A stretch of DNA of 64,000 nt, from positions 2,111-66,110 of the forward strand of contig JAQBVV010000001.1 of assembly GCA_027622905.1 (NCBI GenBank), in the 5' to 3' direction. The notes beneath the pieces were generated by a model. The model saw only the letters and a list, made by a program, of their open reading frames with translations, was not told the DNA's origin and did no database searches. A program made the translations under genes and the position numbers. Positions 11,068 to 20,862 of this stretch are shown here, one piece after another (the stretch's first letter is position 1; each line of letters begins with the position of its first letter). Source of the DNA: Acidobacteriota bacterium (lineage in GTDB: Bacteria > Acidobacteriota > Vicinamibacteria > Vicinamibacterales > UBA2999).

Positions 11068-12162
11068 GTGAAGAAGGATATTCGTATCGGGATGCTGAGC
11101 GTCGTTGTCGCAGCGTGTGTGGCGTTCGGGGCGTCGTTCGTTCAGGCTCAGGCTCCGACCCAGGAATGGCCGCTCTGGGCATACGGGTGGCTTACGTCGC
11201 CTCAGCCCGGAGACAAGGCCGCCCCGCAGGCCGCACCGCTACCTCCGACGCAGTTGCGCGGGGATATGAGTCCGGAGGACCAGCGCAGGCCGCGGACCGT
11301 CGAGGGCAGCAGCGCGTCTTACTCGTGGCTGGAGATTCGCGATGGTCACAACGTGATCGAGTGGTTTCCAGAGGATTACCCGCCGATGCCGCCCATCATG
11401 AAGACCGGCCCGGCAAGCTTGATGGCGGAACGCGGTCGGGGCTGCGGGTCGTGCCATCTGCCAACCGGCAAGGGACGGCCGGAAAACGCGCCACCGGGTG
11501 GGCAGCCGGCGGCCTACACCATGCAGCAGCTCGAGGACATGCGGAATGACCTGCGATACCAGGCCGATCCTCGGGATCCGAACACGCCGACGATGGTCGC
11601 GCTCGCCAAGGCCATGACCGAGGAAGAGATGCGGCAGTCAGCCGAGTATTTCGAGGCCATCCCGTATACCAAGTGGATCGAAGTCAGAGAGGCCGACATG
11701 ATTCCCGAGATGGAGTTGCATCTCGGCGACATGTATATCGCGGTCGAGGGAGGCGGGATGGAGCCGCTCGGGAAGCGTATCGTCGAAACGCCACGGGACG
11801 ATCATCAGGCCAACTTTCTCCGGAATACGCGCGCGCCGGGGGATTGGATCGCCTACGTGCCGACGGGAAGCCTTGCCAGAGGAGAGAACCTCGTCACCAC
11901 CGGGGGAGGCAAGACAGTGTCGTGCTCCGTGTGTCACGGGGCGGACCTGATGGGTGTCGGCAGCATGCCGGGCATCGCCGGGCGATCGCCAAGCTACCAG
12001 ATGCGTCAGCTGTGGGACATGAAGATGGGCACGCGGAAAGGCCCACAGGTCGCGCTGATGATGCCGGTGATTGCGAACCTGACCATGGACGACATGACCG
12101 ACATCGTCGCGTATCTGGCGTCGATCGACCCTCCTGCCCCGGCGGCGACGAGTTCGCGGTAG
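11068..12162 (+). CDS. Diheme c-type cytochrome, periplasmic
   Basis: GTG start at 11068 after a GGGAGG SD. It has a signal peptide (MLSVVVAACVAFGASFVQAQA) and two CxxCH motifs (CGSCH, CSVCH). Confidence 0.8.
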   Translation: MKKDIRIGMLSVVVAACVAFGASFVQAQAPTQEWPLWAYGWLTSPQPGDKAAPQAAPLPPTQLRGDMSPEDQRRPRTVEGSSASYSWLEIRDGHNVIEWFPEDYPPMPPIMKTGPASLMAERGRGCGSCHLPTGKGRPENAPPGGQPAAYTMQQLEDMRNDLRYQADPRDPNTPTMVALAKAMTEEEMRQSAEYFEAIPYTKWIEVREADMIPEMELHLGDMYIAVEGGGMEPLGKRIVETPRDDHQANFLRNTRAPGDWIAYVPTGSLARGENLVTTGGGKTVSCSVCHGADLMGVGSMPGIAGRSPSYQMRQLWDMKMGTRKGPQVALMMPVIANLTMDDMTDIVAYLASIDPPAPAATSSR

Positions 12163-12375
12163 CCAGGAGGTTTCGGGAATTCGCCCCCGCGGACGAGTGC
12201 CGTCCGCGGGGTGCTGTCCCGCTGCTCCCATGCTCGGCGCCTGCTCCGACACGGAAATACTGAGGGGCGGCGCCCAATGATCCTGGTGGCGTTCTGCGCT
12301 CGGGAAAGACCTCGGGAAAGACATCGTTCGTTCGGACACGCGCGAGCGGGTGAGCCCGCTCCATGGAGGAAGCTT

Positions 12376-14592
12376 ATGGTCCGCTCAGTCACCATCACGC
12401 TCTTGGCCGTGGGTATGTTCGTGGCGTCTGTCGCCGCGCAGCAGCCGGCAGATGCCCCGCTGAGCGTCACAACGCTCTCGTCGAAGGCGGAGTTCGTTAG
12501 CGGCGGCGATGTCCTGCTTCAGGTCGCCGGTCCAGCCAATCTCACTGCCAGGAACGTCACGGTTCGTCTCAACGGGCAGGACGTATCGCGGTCGTTCAGA
12601 CTCGCGGCAGATTCCAGGTCAGTCATCGGTCGCGTCAGTGGCCTCGAGATCGGTCCGAATGCGATCGAGGCCTCGATGCGCGGGCAGGCGACAGCGCAGC
12701 TCACGGTGGTGAACCATCCGATCACTGGCCCGGTGTTGTACAGCCCGCAACAGATGCCGTTTGTCTGCGAGACCGACGCCCACGGGCTTGGCGCGCCGCT
12801 CGATGAGAAGTGCTCGGCGGAAACGAAGGTCGAGTATTTCTACAAGGTGGCGGAGACTCCCGCGCCTGCCGGTCAAGCGCCCGGTGACCTCGCGGCGGCC
12901 GACAACGCAAACGGATTCCAGGGTGGCGCCCAGGAAAGCCCGTTCCGACCGCTCGATCCGGAGGGGCCCCGGCCCACGGACATCGCGATGACGACGACCA
13001 CCGAAGGCAAGACGGTTCCCTACATCGTGCGTCGGGAGATGGGCACCATCAATCGTGCGGTGTACTCGATCGCGTTCCTCCACGAGCCCGGGACGCCGCT
13101 GCCGTCGCCCTGGTCGAATGAATCAGCCTGGAACGGTCGTCTCGTGTACGCGTTCGGCGGCGGCGTGTCCGCCGGCTATCACCAGGGTCGCACGGTTGGC
13201 GGACTGCGTGGCAATCGCCAGAACCTCGAGGATGGGCAGCTTGGCGACTATCCGATCGCCAAGGGGTACGCGCTGGCCGGTGGGTCGCTGAACGTCTTCG
13301 GCACCCACGGGAGTGACGTGGTCTCGGCCGAGACGATGATGATGGTCAAGGAGCGGTTCATCGAGCAGTTCGGCGTGCCGATGTACACGATGGGCAGCGG
13401 GCGTTCCGGCGGTTCGATGCAGCAACACCTCATTGGCAACAACTACCCCGGGCTGCTCGACGGCATCGTCCCGACCGCCAGCTACGCCGACACGCTGACC
13501 TTCCACGCCGGAATGGTCGATTGCCATCTGCTGGATAGTGCGATGGCCGGGTCGGAGCTGCCATGGACCATCGAGGACAAGACGGCCGTGTCGGGGTACA
13601 GCCATTTCGACTATTGCACCAACAACGAGCTGCGCTACTCGGCCCGCCAGGCGGCCAACAACTGCGACGACACGACGATTCCGATGTCGATGCGGTTTAA
13701 TGCGGAGACCAACCCCACCGGTGTCCGCTGCACATACCACGACAGCATGTCGAGCGTGTTCGGCAAAGACCCGCAGACCGGCTTCGCGCGGAGCCCGTTC
13801 GACAACGTGGGCGTCCAGTACGGTCTTGGCGCGTTCAACGACGGCACGATCAATTTCGCGCAGTTTCTTGATCTGAACCGGCGGGTCGGTGGCCACGACG
13901 TCAACGGCAATATCGTCGCTGCGCGATCGGTTGGGGATCCGGAAGCGCTGAGGCGCGCGTACGCGTCCGGTCGCATCAACGACACGGCGCACGGCCTGAG
14001 CATGATTCCGATCATCGACATGCGTCCGTATACCGAGGGCCCCGGTGGCAACGTCCACGACACGTTTTCCGGCTGGATCGCCCGGAATCGCCTGACCGCC
14101 CACAATGGCAACCTCGACAACTATGTATCACGCGTCTACGCCCCTGGCGCTCCGACCAACGAGGCCCAGGACGCCAACCTGATCGTCCTGGATGCGTGGC
14201 TGGCGGCCGTCGCGAAGGACATGGCGCCAGGGACGCAGCGCGAGAAGGTGATTCGCAACCGGCCCGCGGGGCTGGTGGATTCCTGCTTTACCGCGGAGCT
14301 GGAGGAGACCAAGGACGCGGCGGTATGTGCGGAGCGGTTTCCGGTGTATGCGAATCCGAGAATCGTGGCCGGCATGCCTCCGGTGTCGGAACACCTGAAG
14401 TGTCAGCTCAAGCCGGCTGATCGATCCGACTACTCGCGGGAGGTCACTGACGCACAGCTTGCGAGCCTCCGCGCCGTCTTCCCTCAGGGCGTGTGCGACT
14501 ACAGCAAGCCTGGCGTGGGGTACGGCCCACCGGCGGGCGTATGGCAGACATTCCTGGCCGACGCGCCGAGCACGAGCACGAGCACGAGGTAG
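12376..14592 (+). CDS. Secreted alpha/beta-hydrolase-like protein (tannase/feruloyl-esterase-like or DUF6351-like; function uncertain)
   Basis: The ATG at 12376 follows a GGAGGA SD and starts a signal peptide (MVRSVTITLLAVGMFVASVAAQQ). It contains the GxSxG-like motif GSGRSGGSMQQH. Confidence 0.7.
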   Translation: MVRSVTITLLAVGMFVASVAAQQPADAPLSVTTLSSKAEFVSGGDVLLQVAGPANLTARNVTVRLNGQDVSRSFRLAADSRSVIGRVSGLEIGPNAIEASMRGQATAQLTVVNHPITGPVLYSPQQMPFVCETDAHGLGAPLDEKCSAETKVEYFYKVAETPAPAGQAPGDLAAADNANGFQGGAQESPFRPLDPEGPRPTDIAMTTTTEGKTVPYIVRREMGTINRAVYSIAFLHEPGTPLPSPWSNESAWNGRLVYAFGGGVSAGYHQGRTVGGLRGNRQNLEDGQLGDYPIAKGYALAGGSLNVFGTHGSDVVSAETMMMVKERFIEQFGVPMYTMGSGRSGGSMQQHLIGNNYPGLLDGIVPTASYADTLTFHAGMVDCHLLDSAMAGSELPWTIEDKTAVSGYSHFDYCTNNELRYSARQAANNCDDTTIPMSMRFNAETNPTGVRCTYHDSMSSVFGKDPQTGFARSPFDNVGVQYGLGAFNDGTINFAQFLDLNRRVGGHDVNGNIVAARSVGDPEALRRAYASGRINDTAHGLSMIPIIDMRPYTEGPGGNVHDTFSGWIARNRLTAHNGNLDNYVSRVYAPGAPTNEAQDANLIVLDAWLAAVAKDMAPGTQREKVIRNRPAGLVDSCFTAELEETKDAAVCAERFPVYANPRIVAGMPPVSEHLKCQLKPADRSDYSREVTDAQLASLRAVFPQGVCDYSKPGVGYGPPAGVWQTFLADAPSTSTSTR

Positions 14593-14759
14593 ACCATTCG
14601 GAGCGGTCACCTCATGAACGGCGCCGTCGCATCAGGGATCAACCAGCGTGCCCTGCGTGCGGCGGCGCCGTTTTCCATTTCACTCGAATCTGGCGGCGCG
14701 CTGTCGGCGAGGGATGCCGGCGACGGCCATCACGGGCTGATCGTTGTGACGGAGGGTGA

Positions 14760-16463
14760 ATGATGGTTGAACAACCGCCGACCTATCGCGATCCGATGAG
14801 CCGTCTGGCGATGCGGCAGCTCCTCTGGCTCGGCGCCTTGTCCCTTGTCGGGTTCGTCGCCCTGATGGGGGCACTCGCGTGGGCGTCGTCGATCACCGGG
14901 GGCAGCGCGATCGCTGGTCGAGCGATCGATGTCGAGACGGGGACCATCACCCGCGCACTGGCGCAGGAACCTCCCCAGCTTGATTCCACGCGTGCCACCG
15001 ACCAGGCCAGCATTTTCATCCTCGGGCACGTCATGGAAGGGCTCCTGCGCTACGACGCGAGCAACAGGCTTGTGCCCGGGGTGGCCGAACGATGGGACAT
15101 CCGACCTGATGGCGCAACCTTCTGGTTGCGCGACGATGCGCGGTGGAGCGACGGGCGACCAGTGACGGCGCACGATTTTGTCTTCGCGTGGCGCACGATC
15201 GTCGACCCTGCCAACGCCGCTGAGTACGCGTTCATCCTCTACTACGTGAAGAACGGAGAGGCGATCAACAGAGGCGAACTGTCCCCGGAGGCGCTCGGCG
15301 CCACGGCGGTCGACGATCGGACCCTCGAAGTCGAGTTCGAGCGCCCGGTCGGTTTCTTCGATAAGCTCGTTGCGTTCGCGGTGTATTTCCCCGTGCGAGA
15401 GGACTTCTACCGGAGCCGCGACGGGAGATACGCGGCTGACGCCGAGGACCTCGTGTACAACGGGCCGTTCATGATGACGCGGTGGGTACACGGGGCGCAC
15501 GTGCGGCTTGAGAAGAACCCGCTGTACTGGAACCGCGACGCGGTGCGCCTCAACGTCATCGACATGCCATACGTGACGGCCGACACCGGAGCCGTTGTGA
15601 ATCTGTTCAAGGACGGTTCGATCGCGACAGCCACGCTCGGCGCCGAGCAGCTCGACGACGCGATGAAGCTGCGCTGGAACCTCGGTCGCTACAGCGACGG
15701 CTCAGTCTTCTATATCGACTTCAACTTCCGCCCCGAGCGACTGACGAGCAACTTTCATCTGCGCAGGGCGCTGCAGCTGGTCAACGACTCCGGAGAGCTC
15801 GTCAACAAGGTGATCGGGCTTCCAGGCTATCTGCCCGCCGTCTCCTTGTTTCCCATCTGGTTGAACGGGGTCGAGGGACCGTTTCGGCAGGAGTACCCGC
15901 CGCCGGTGGTGATCCCCGATCTGGAACTGGCCCGGACGCATCTGGAGCTCGCCAAGCAGGAGCTGGGCGTGGCGGAGATCCCGCCGCTCGTCCTCTTGAC
16001 GGGCGATGCACCAATTGCCAACAAGCAAGCCGAGTACTTCCAGAACCTCTTCGACAGGGCGCTCGGACTCGAGATCCGGATCGACAAGCAGATCTTCAAG
16101 CAACGTCTCGACAAGATGACGTCCGGCGATTTCGACATGGTGGCTGCAGGATGGGGGCCGGATTTCGCGGATCCGCTGACCTTTGGCGATCTCTACGCGT
16201 CCTGGAATGGCAACAACCGCGGTAAATACAACAACCCGGCGCTGGACGAGCAGGTACGCATCGCCCAGAACTCACTCGACCCGAGAACCCGGATGGATGC
16301 GTTCGGAGAGATCCAGCGGATCCTGATCGATGACGCCGTGCAGTTACCAAACTACGAGCGAGGCCTTGTGTACGTCGAGGATCCGCGGCTCAAAGGCGTC
16401 GTTCACAGATCCGTGGGCACAGATCCTGATTACACCACGGCGTACCTCGTCGAGAATCCCTAG
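14760..16463 (+). CDS. ABC transporter substrate-binding protein, family 5 (Opp/Dpp peptide type)
   Basis: 567-aa ORF with an N-terminal membrane anchor/signal. Its length and sequence are typical of SBP family 5, and it is the first gene of a permease/ATPase operon. Confidence 0.85.
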   Translation: MMVEQPPTYRDPMSRLAMRQLLWLGALSLVGFVALMGALAWASSITGGSAIAGRAIDVETGTITRALAQEPPQLDSTRATDQASIFILGHVMEGLLRYDASNRLVPGVAERWDIRPDGATFWLRDDARWSDGRPVTAHDFVFAWRTIVDPANAAEYAFILYYVKNGEAINRGELSPEALGATAVDDRTLEVEFERPVGFFDKLVAFAVYFPVREDFYRSRDGRYAADAEDLVYNGPFMMTRWVHGAHVRLEKNPLYWNRDAVRLNVIDMPYVTADTGAVVNLFKDGSIATATLGAEQLDDAMKLRWNLGRYSDGSVFYIDFNFRPERLTSNFHLRRALQLVNDSGELVNKVIGLPGYLPAVSLFPIWLNGVEGPFRQEYPPPVVIPDLELARTHLELAKQELGVAEIPPLVLLTGDAPIANKQAEYFQNLFDRALGLEIRIDKQIFKQRLDKMTSGDFDMVAAGWGPDFADPLTFGDLYASWNGNNRGKYNNPALDEQVRIAQNSLDPRTRMDAFGEIQRILIDDAVQLPNYERGLVYVEDPRLKGVVHRSVGTDPDYTTAYLVENP

Positions 16464-16474
16464 CACCAATTCTT

Positions 16475-17407
16475 GTGCTGACGTACACCCTCAAGCGCAT
16501 CCTGCAGGGGATAGTCACCGTCTGGTTCATCGCGACGGCCACCTTCGTCGCGATGCACGCGGTGCCTGGAGACCCGCTTGCGAATCAGCGCGCGACCAAC
16601 GAACAGATACAGCGCAACCTGGAGCAGCGGTACGGGCTCGACCGGCCCGTCTCCGAGCAATACGTCGTCTTCCTCGGAGGGATTCTGCGCGGCGATTTTG
16701 GCATCTCGTTCACGCAGGAGAACCGCCGCGTCAATGACATCATCCGGGAAAACTTTCCCGTCTCGGCCACGCTTGGCATCCTCGCCGTGGCCTTTGCTGC
16801 CCTCGGCGGCATTCTGTTCGGGGCACTGACCGCGTTGTTCCGGGACCGTCTGCCGGACCTCGTGATCATGTTCCTCGTGATCCTGGCGATTTCTGTGCCG
16901 AGCTTCGTCGTGGCGGCGTTCAGTCAGCTTGCGCTTGTCGACATCAACGTCTACCTGGGCTTCTCGCTCTTGCCCGTGGCTGGATGGGGCACGCTGCGTC
17001 ACATGATCGTCCCGTCGATGGTGCTCGGCTTGGGCACCATGGCGTACCTCACGCGGCTCATGCGCTCGTCGATGCTCGAGATCACGAGTTCGGATTTCAT
17101 CCGAACCGCGCGCGCCAAGGGTCTGCCTCCCGCGCGCATCTTCCTGAAGCACCAGTTGCGCAACGCGGTGCTGCCGGTGGTGACGGTACTCGGGCCGGCG
17201 ATCGCCGCCATTACGACTGGCGGCTTCGTGGTCGAGCTGGTGTTCGCCATACCGGGCTTGGGCCGGTATTTCGTCGAGGCGGTGCAGCAACTCGACTACA
17301 CCGTCATCATGGGCACGACCGTCTTCTACGGCGCTTTCCTCGTCAGCATGGTGATCGTCGTCGATCTGTTGTACGGATGGATCGATCCCCGGGTGAGAGT
17401 CGAGTGA
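16475..17407 (+). CDS. ABC transporter permease (OppB/DppB type)
   Basis: 310-aa ORF. The start MLTYTLKRILQGIVTVWFIATATFV and the end YGWIDPRVRV are typical of OppB-type permeases. Confidence 0.9.
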   Translation: MLTYTLKRILQGIVTVWFIATATFVAMHAVPGDPLANQRATNEQIQRNLEQRYGLDRPVSEQYVVFLGGILRGDFGISFTQENRRVNDIIRENFPVSATLGILAVAFAALGGILFGALTALFRDRLPDLVIMFLVILAISVPSFVVAAFSQLALVDINVYLGFSLLPVAGWGTLRHMIVPSMVLGLGTMAYLTRLMRSSMLEITSSDFIRTARAKGLPPARIFLKHQLRNAVLPVVTVLGPAIAAITTGGFVVELVFAIPGLGRYFVEAVQQLDYTVIMGTTVFYGAFLVSMVIVVDLLYGWIDPRVRVE

Positions 17408-17426
17408 GACGCGTCGGAAGCCGCCA

Positions 17427-18818
17427 ATGAGCGTCGCGGTACGATTTTCTCCCGCGGATTTCGAGCCGGTCACGGCCCGACGTCAGCTTCAGGTCAGCTC
17501 GCGACCCTCGCTGTCGTACTGGCAGGACTCGTGGCGCCGGTTGAAAGGGAGTCGGCGTACGTTTGCGTCGCTGTGTGCGGTGATGGCGCTTGGGGCGATG
17601 GCGGTTGCCGGACCGTGGGTGTGGAGTGTCGATCCGGCGGCGCAGGACATCGACCAGATCAGTCAGGCGCCGGCGTGGCCATCCTCGGCACTGATCGTCC
17701 CACCGTACACGCCATGGGCGGCTGTGACGGCGACGCCCACGCAGGCCGGCGACGTTGTCACGAACCTTCGATTGGCCGAGCCAGCGTCGACGCAGGCCGT
17801 CCGACTCGTCTGGGAGCCGGTCGTGGGAGCCGCCGGATACGTCGTGTACCGCAGCGTCTACGACACGGCGCCGGATCGGGCGCTGGGCCTGCCGATCGGC
17901 GAGGTACTTGGCGCCGACCAGGCGAGCTTCGAAGATCGGCTCGACCTCGAACCGCGGCGCTACTGGTATTCGGTCGTCGTCACGGACGAGAACCGCGCCG
18001 AGCAGAGCGCGTACGCCGCGCTCACCGTCGATACAGTCAGGACCGTGAGCGCCGGGGACGCAGAGTTGCGTGGCTGGGTCGAGGACGCGACCGTGCTCGC
18101 GCCGGGTGATCAGATCGATTTGCCCTATCACCCGCTTGGGACCGATTACCTCGGCCGGGACATGCTGGCTCGGCTCCTGTACGGGGCAAGGGTGTCGTTG
18201 TTCATCGGCGTTGTCGCGCCGCTCCTGTTTGTCCTGGTCGGCGTCGTGTGGGGCAGCGCGGCCGGCTTTCTGGGCGGGCGGGTTGACCAGCTGCTGATGC
18301 GCGTCGCTGATTTCGTCATCGCGCTTCCGTTTCTCCTGTTCATGATCCTGTTCAAGATTGCCTTCGGCATTGGCCCGGGTGAGAGCGGCGTGTTCCCGAT
18401 GCTCGTGGCCCTCGTGCTGCTCGGATGGCCGTCGACGGCCAGGCTCGTGCGGGGGCAGATTCTGCAGGTGCGGCAGGAGGGCTATGTTGCCGCATCGCAG
18501 CTCCTCGGCGCCCGGACCGGCTATCTCGTGTTCCGTCACATGATTCCGCAGACGATGGGCGTGATCCTGGTGACGCTGACGTTTGCGGTGCCGAGCGCCA
18601 TCTTCACTGAAGCATTTCTGTCGTTCATCGGCATGGGTGTCGCGCCGCCCACGCCGTCGTGGGGCAGCATGGCGAACGAGGGCATTCGGACAATGCTGTC
18701 CCATCCCCACGAACTGCTGTTCCCCGCGCTGATCATCAGCGCGACGGTTCTGGCGTTCAACCTGCTGGGTGACGGGCTGCGCGACGCGCTCGATGTGCGC
18801 ATGCGAGGTCGGGAGTGA
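17427..18818 (+). CDS. ABC transporter permease (OppC/DppC type) with ~150-aa FN3-like insertion in the first periplasmic loop
   Basis: 463-aa ORF. An OppC core is present (HPLGTDYLGRDMLARLLYGARVSLFIG ... LGDGLRDALDVR). The insertion contains VRLVWEPVVGAAGYVVYRS...RRYWYSVVVTDENRAEQ. Confidence 0.85.
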   Translation: MSVAVRFSPADFEPVTARRQLQVSSRPSLSYWQDSWRRLKGSRRTFASLCAVMALGAMAVAGPWVWSVDPAAQDIDQISQAPAWPSSALIVPPYTPWAAVTATPTQAGDVVTNLRLAEPASTQAVRLVWEPVVGAAGYVVYRSVYDTAPDRALGLPIGEVLGADQASFEDRLDLEPRRYWYSVVVTDENRAEQSAYAALTVDTVRTVSAGDAELRGWVEDATVLAPGDQIDLPYHPLGTDYLGRDMLARLLYGARVSLFIGVVAPLLFVLVGVVWGSAAGFLGGRVDQLLMRVADFVIALPFLLFMILFKIAFGIGPGESGVFPMLVALVLLGWPSTARLVRGQILQVRQEGYVAASQLLGARTGYLVFRHMIPQTMGVILVTLTFAVPSAIFTEAFLSFIGMGVAPPTPSWGSMANEGIRTMLSHPHELLFPALIISATVLAFNLLGDGLRDALDVRMRGRE

Positions 18819-19846
18819 TCGTCGCGAATGACGCACCGGTACTCGATGTCAGTGACCTGTGCGTCGAGTTCGATACGCATGGCGGCGTCGTACAGGCGGT
18901 CCGCGGCGTCAGCTTCAGCGTCCGTCCGGGGAAGACGCTCGCGATCGTCGGCGAATCAGGCTGCGGGAAGTCGGTGTCGGTGCAAAGCATCATGGGCCTG
19001 ACGCCGATGCCGCCGGGGCGGATCACGCGCGGCGCGGCGCGGCTCGACGGTGTCGACATCGTGCGGCAGAAGATCGTCAATGGTGAGGACGTGCGCGGGA
19101 ATCGGATCGGCATGATCTTTCAGGATCCGATGAGCGCGCTGAACCCCACGATGCGGGTCGGCGACCAGATCGCCGAGACGCTCCAGGTGCATCGCGGCAT
19201 GTCGAAACGCGACGCCTTTGCGCGTGCGGTCGAGGTGCTCGCGTTGGTGAATATTCCTGATGCGGACGCGCGCGCGCGGCAGTTCCCGTTCGCCTTCTCC
19301 GGTGGCATGCTGCAGCGGGCGATGATCGCCATGGCGATCGCCTGCGAGCCGGCGGTGCTGATCGCGGACGAACCCACCACGGCGCTCGATGTCACCATTC
19401 AGGCGCAGCTGCTGGAGCTGCTCGAGGGACTCCAGCGGAAGAACGGCATGGCGATCGTGCTCATCACGCATGACCTCGGCGTCGTCGCGCGCGTGGCTGA
19501 CGACGTTGCGGTGATGTACGCCGGTGAGATCGTGGAAAGTGGAACCGTGGACGACGTGTTCTATCGTGCCGCCCACCCCTACACCCTCGGACTCAAAGCG
19601 GCGATGCCGAGCCGGGAGACATCGAAGTCCGTTGGCCTGATGCCGATAGAGGGGGCGCCGCCCGACCTGTTTCGTCCGCCGGCGGGCTGTGGATATGCGG
19701 AGCGATGCCCGCATGCGATGCTGGTGTGCGGGCCACATCGACCTCAACGTGTCGAGGTCGATCCTGGACACCATGCGATGTGCTGGCTTCATCACGAGGA
19801 CGCGCCGCGAGGGACCGACGCCGTCTATCGTGGAGGCCGCGCGTGA
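18815..19846 (+). CDS. ABC transporter ATP-binding protein (OppD/DppD type)
   Basis: 343-aa ORF with Walker A GESGCGKS, signature FSGGMLQR and Walker B LIADEPTTALD. It has the C-terminal oligopeptide-ATPase extension. Confidence 0.9.
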   Translation: MIVANDAPVLDVSDLCVEFDTHGGVVQAVRGVSFSVRPGKTLAIVGESGCGKSVSVQSIMGLTPMPPGRITRGAARLDGVDIVRQKIVNGEDVRGNRIGMIFQDPMSALNPTMRVGDQIAETLQVHRGMSKRDAFARAVEVLALVNIPDADARARQFPFAFSGGMLQRAMIAMAIACEPAVLIADEPTTALDVTIQAQLLELLEGLQRKNGMAIVLITHDLGVVARVADDVAVMYAGEIVESGTVDDVFYRAAHPYTLGLKAAMPSRETSKSVGLMPIEGAPPDLFRPPAGCGYAERCPHAMLVCGPHRPQRVEVDPGHHAMCWLHHEDAPRGTDAVYRGGRA

Positions 19847-20862
19847 GCCTGCTTGTCGAGGCCAGAGGCGTCACGAAGCATTTTCCGCTCGGGCGCGGGA
19901 AGACCGTGCATGCCGTGGACGATGTGTCGTTGAGCATTGCCGCCAGGGAGATCGTTGGCCTTGTGGGCGAGAGCGGATCGGGCAAGTCCACGTTCGGAAA
20001 AGCCTTGGTGGGCCTGCACGACAAGACGGCCGGCGAGGTGTACCTGGAGGGCGAGCGTCTGCCGCAGCGCTACACCGCGGCTGACTTTCGGCACTATGCC
20101 CAGCGTATGCAGATGATCTTCCAGGATCCCTACTCGAGCCTGAACCCCCGGATGACCGTTGGGGAGATCGTCGGGGAAGGTCTTCGTCTCGGTGGCGGCG
20201 CCAGCGACGCGCAGCAGCGTGCCGCCGTCGCTGACTGGTTGGAGCGCGTCGGCCTCGCGGCTGGCTATGCGGGCCGCTACCCGCACGAACTGTCTGGCGG
20301 CCAGCGCCAGCGCGTCGGCATCGCGCGCGCGTTGATCCTGGAGCCGACATTCGTCGTCTGCGACGAGCCAATCTCGGCACTCGACGTGTCGGTGCAGGCG
20401 CAGATCGTACGGCTGCTCGGAGAACTCAAGGAATCCCTCGGTCTGACCCTCTTGTTCATCGCGCACGATCTGTCGATGGTCCGCTACGTGTCCGATCGGA
20501 TGGCGGTCATGTACCTCGGTTCCCTGGTCGAACTCGGCGGTGCCGACGACGTGTACTTCAGGCCGATGCATCCGTACACGAAGACGCTTGTCGCGTCCAA
20601 CCCGGAGCCGGATCCGCGCTCCGAGCGAGAGCGGGCAACCATCCCGATCACTGGCGAGATCCCGTCGCCCATCAACATCCGCGCAGGGTGTCGTTTCGCG
20701 ACCCGCTGCCCCGAGGTGATGGATATCTGCCGGACAGTGACACCGGAGCTGCGGACCGTGGCCGCCGGGGATGAGCGCCATGTGGCGTGTCATCTGTTCG
20801 AATCCGGGGGTCTGGCGTCACCCGCGCCGACCGCGCTACCGACGGAGGTTGTTGACCGATGA
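19843..20862 (+). CDS. ABC transporter ATP-binding protein (OppF/DppF type)
   Basis: The GTG at 19843 overlaps the oppD-type stop (GTGA). It has Walker A GESGSGKS, signature LSGGQRQR and Walker B VVCDEPISALD. Confidence 0.9.
   Translation: MSLLVEARGVTKHFPLGRGKTVHAVDDVSLSIAAREIVGLVGESGSGKSTFGKALVGLHDKTAGEVYLEGERLPQRYTAADFRHYAQRMQMIFQDPYSSLNPRMTVGEIVGEGLRLGGGASDAQQRAAVADWLERVGLAAGYAGRYPHELSGGQRQRVGIARALILEPTFVVCDEPISALDVSVQAQIVRLLGELKESLGLTLLFIAHDLSMVRYVSDRMAVMYLGSLVELGGADDVYFRPMHPYTKTLVASNPEPDPRSERERATIPITGEIPSPINIRAGCRFATRCPEVMDICRTVTPELRTVAAGDERHVACHLFESGGLASPAPTALPTEVVDR

Noticed and set aside
19705-19842. Upstream extensions given by the ORF track for several genes: oppF-type (19705), acs (21563), marR (35870), prpE (27961), the flavin reductase (37713), the DUF481 protein (40939), the secreted propeller-like protein (11048) and the hydrolase-like protein (12211).
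   Set aside because: In each case the extension overlaps the neighbouring gene or lacks similarity to the family. An internal start with an SD, a signal peptide or a family-typical N-terminus fits better.
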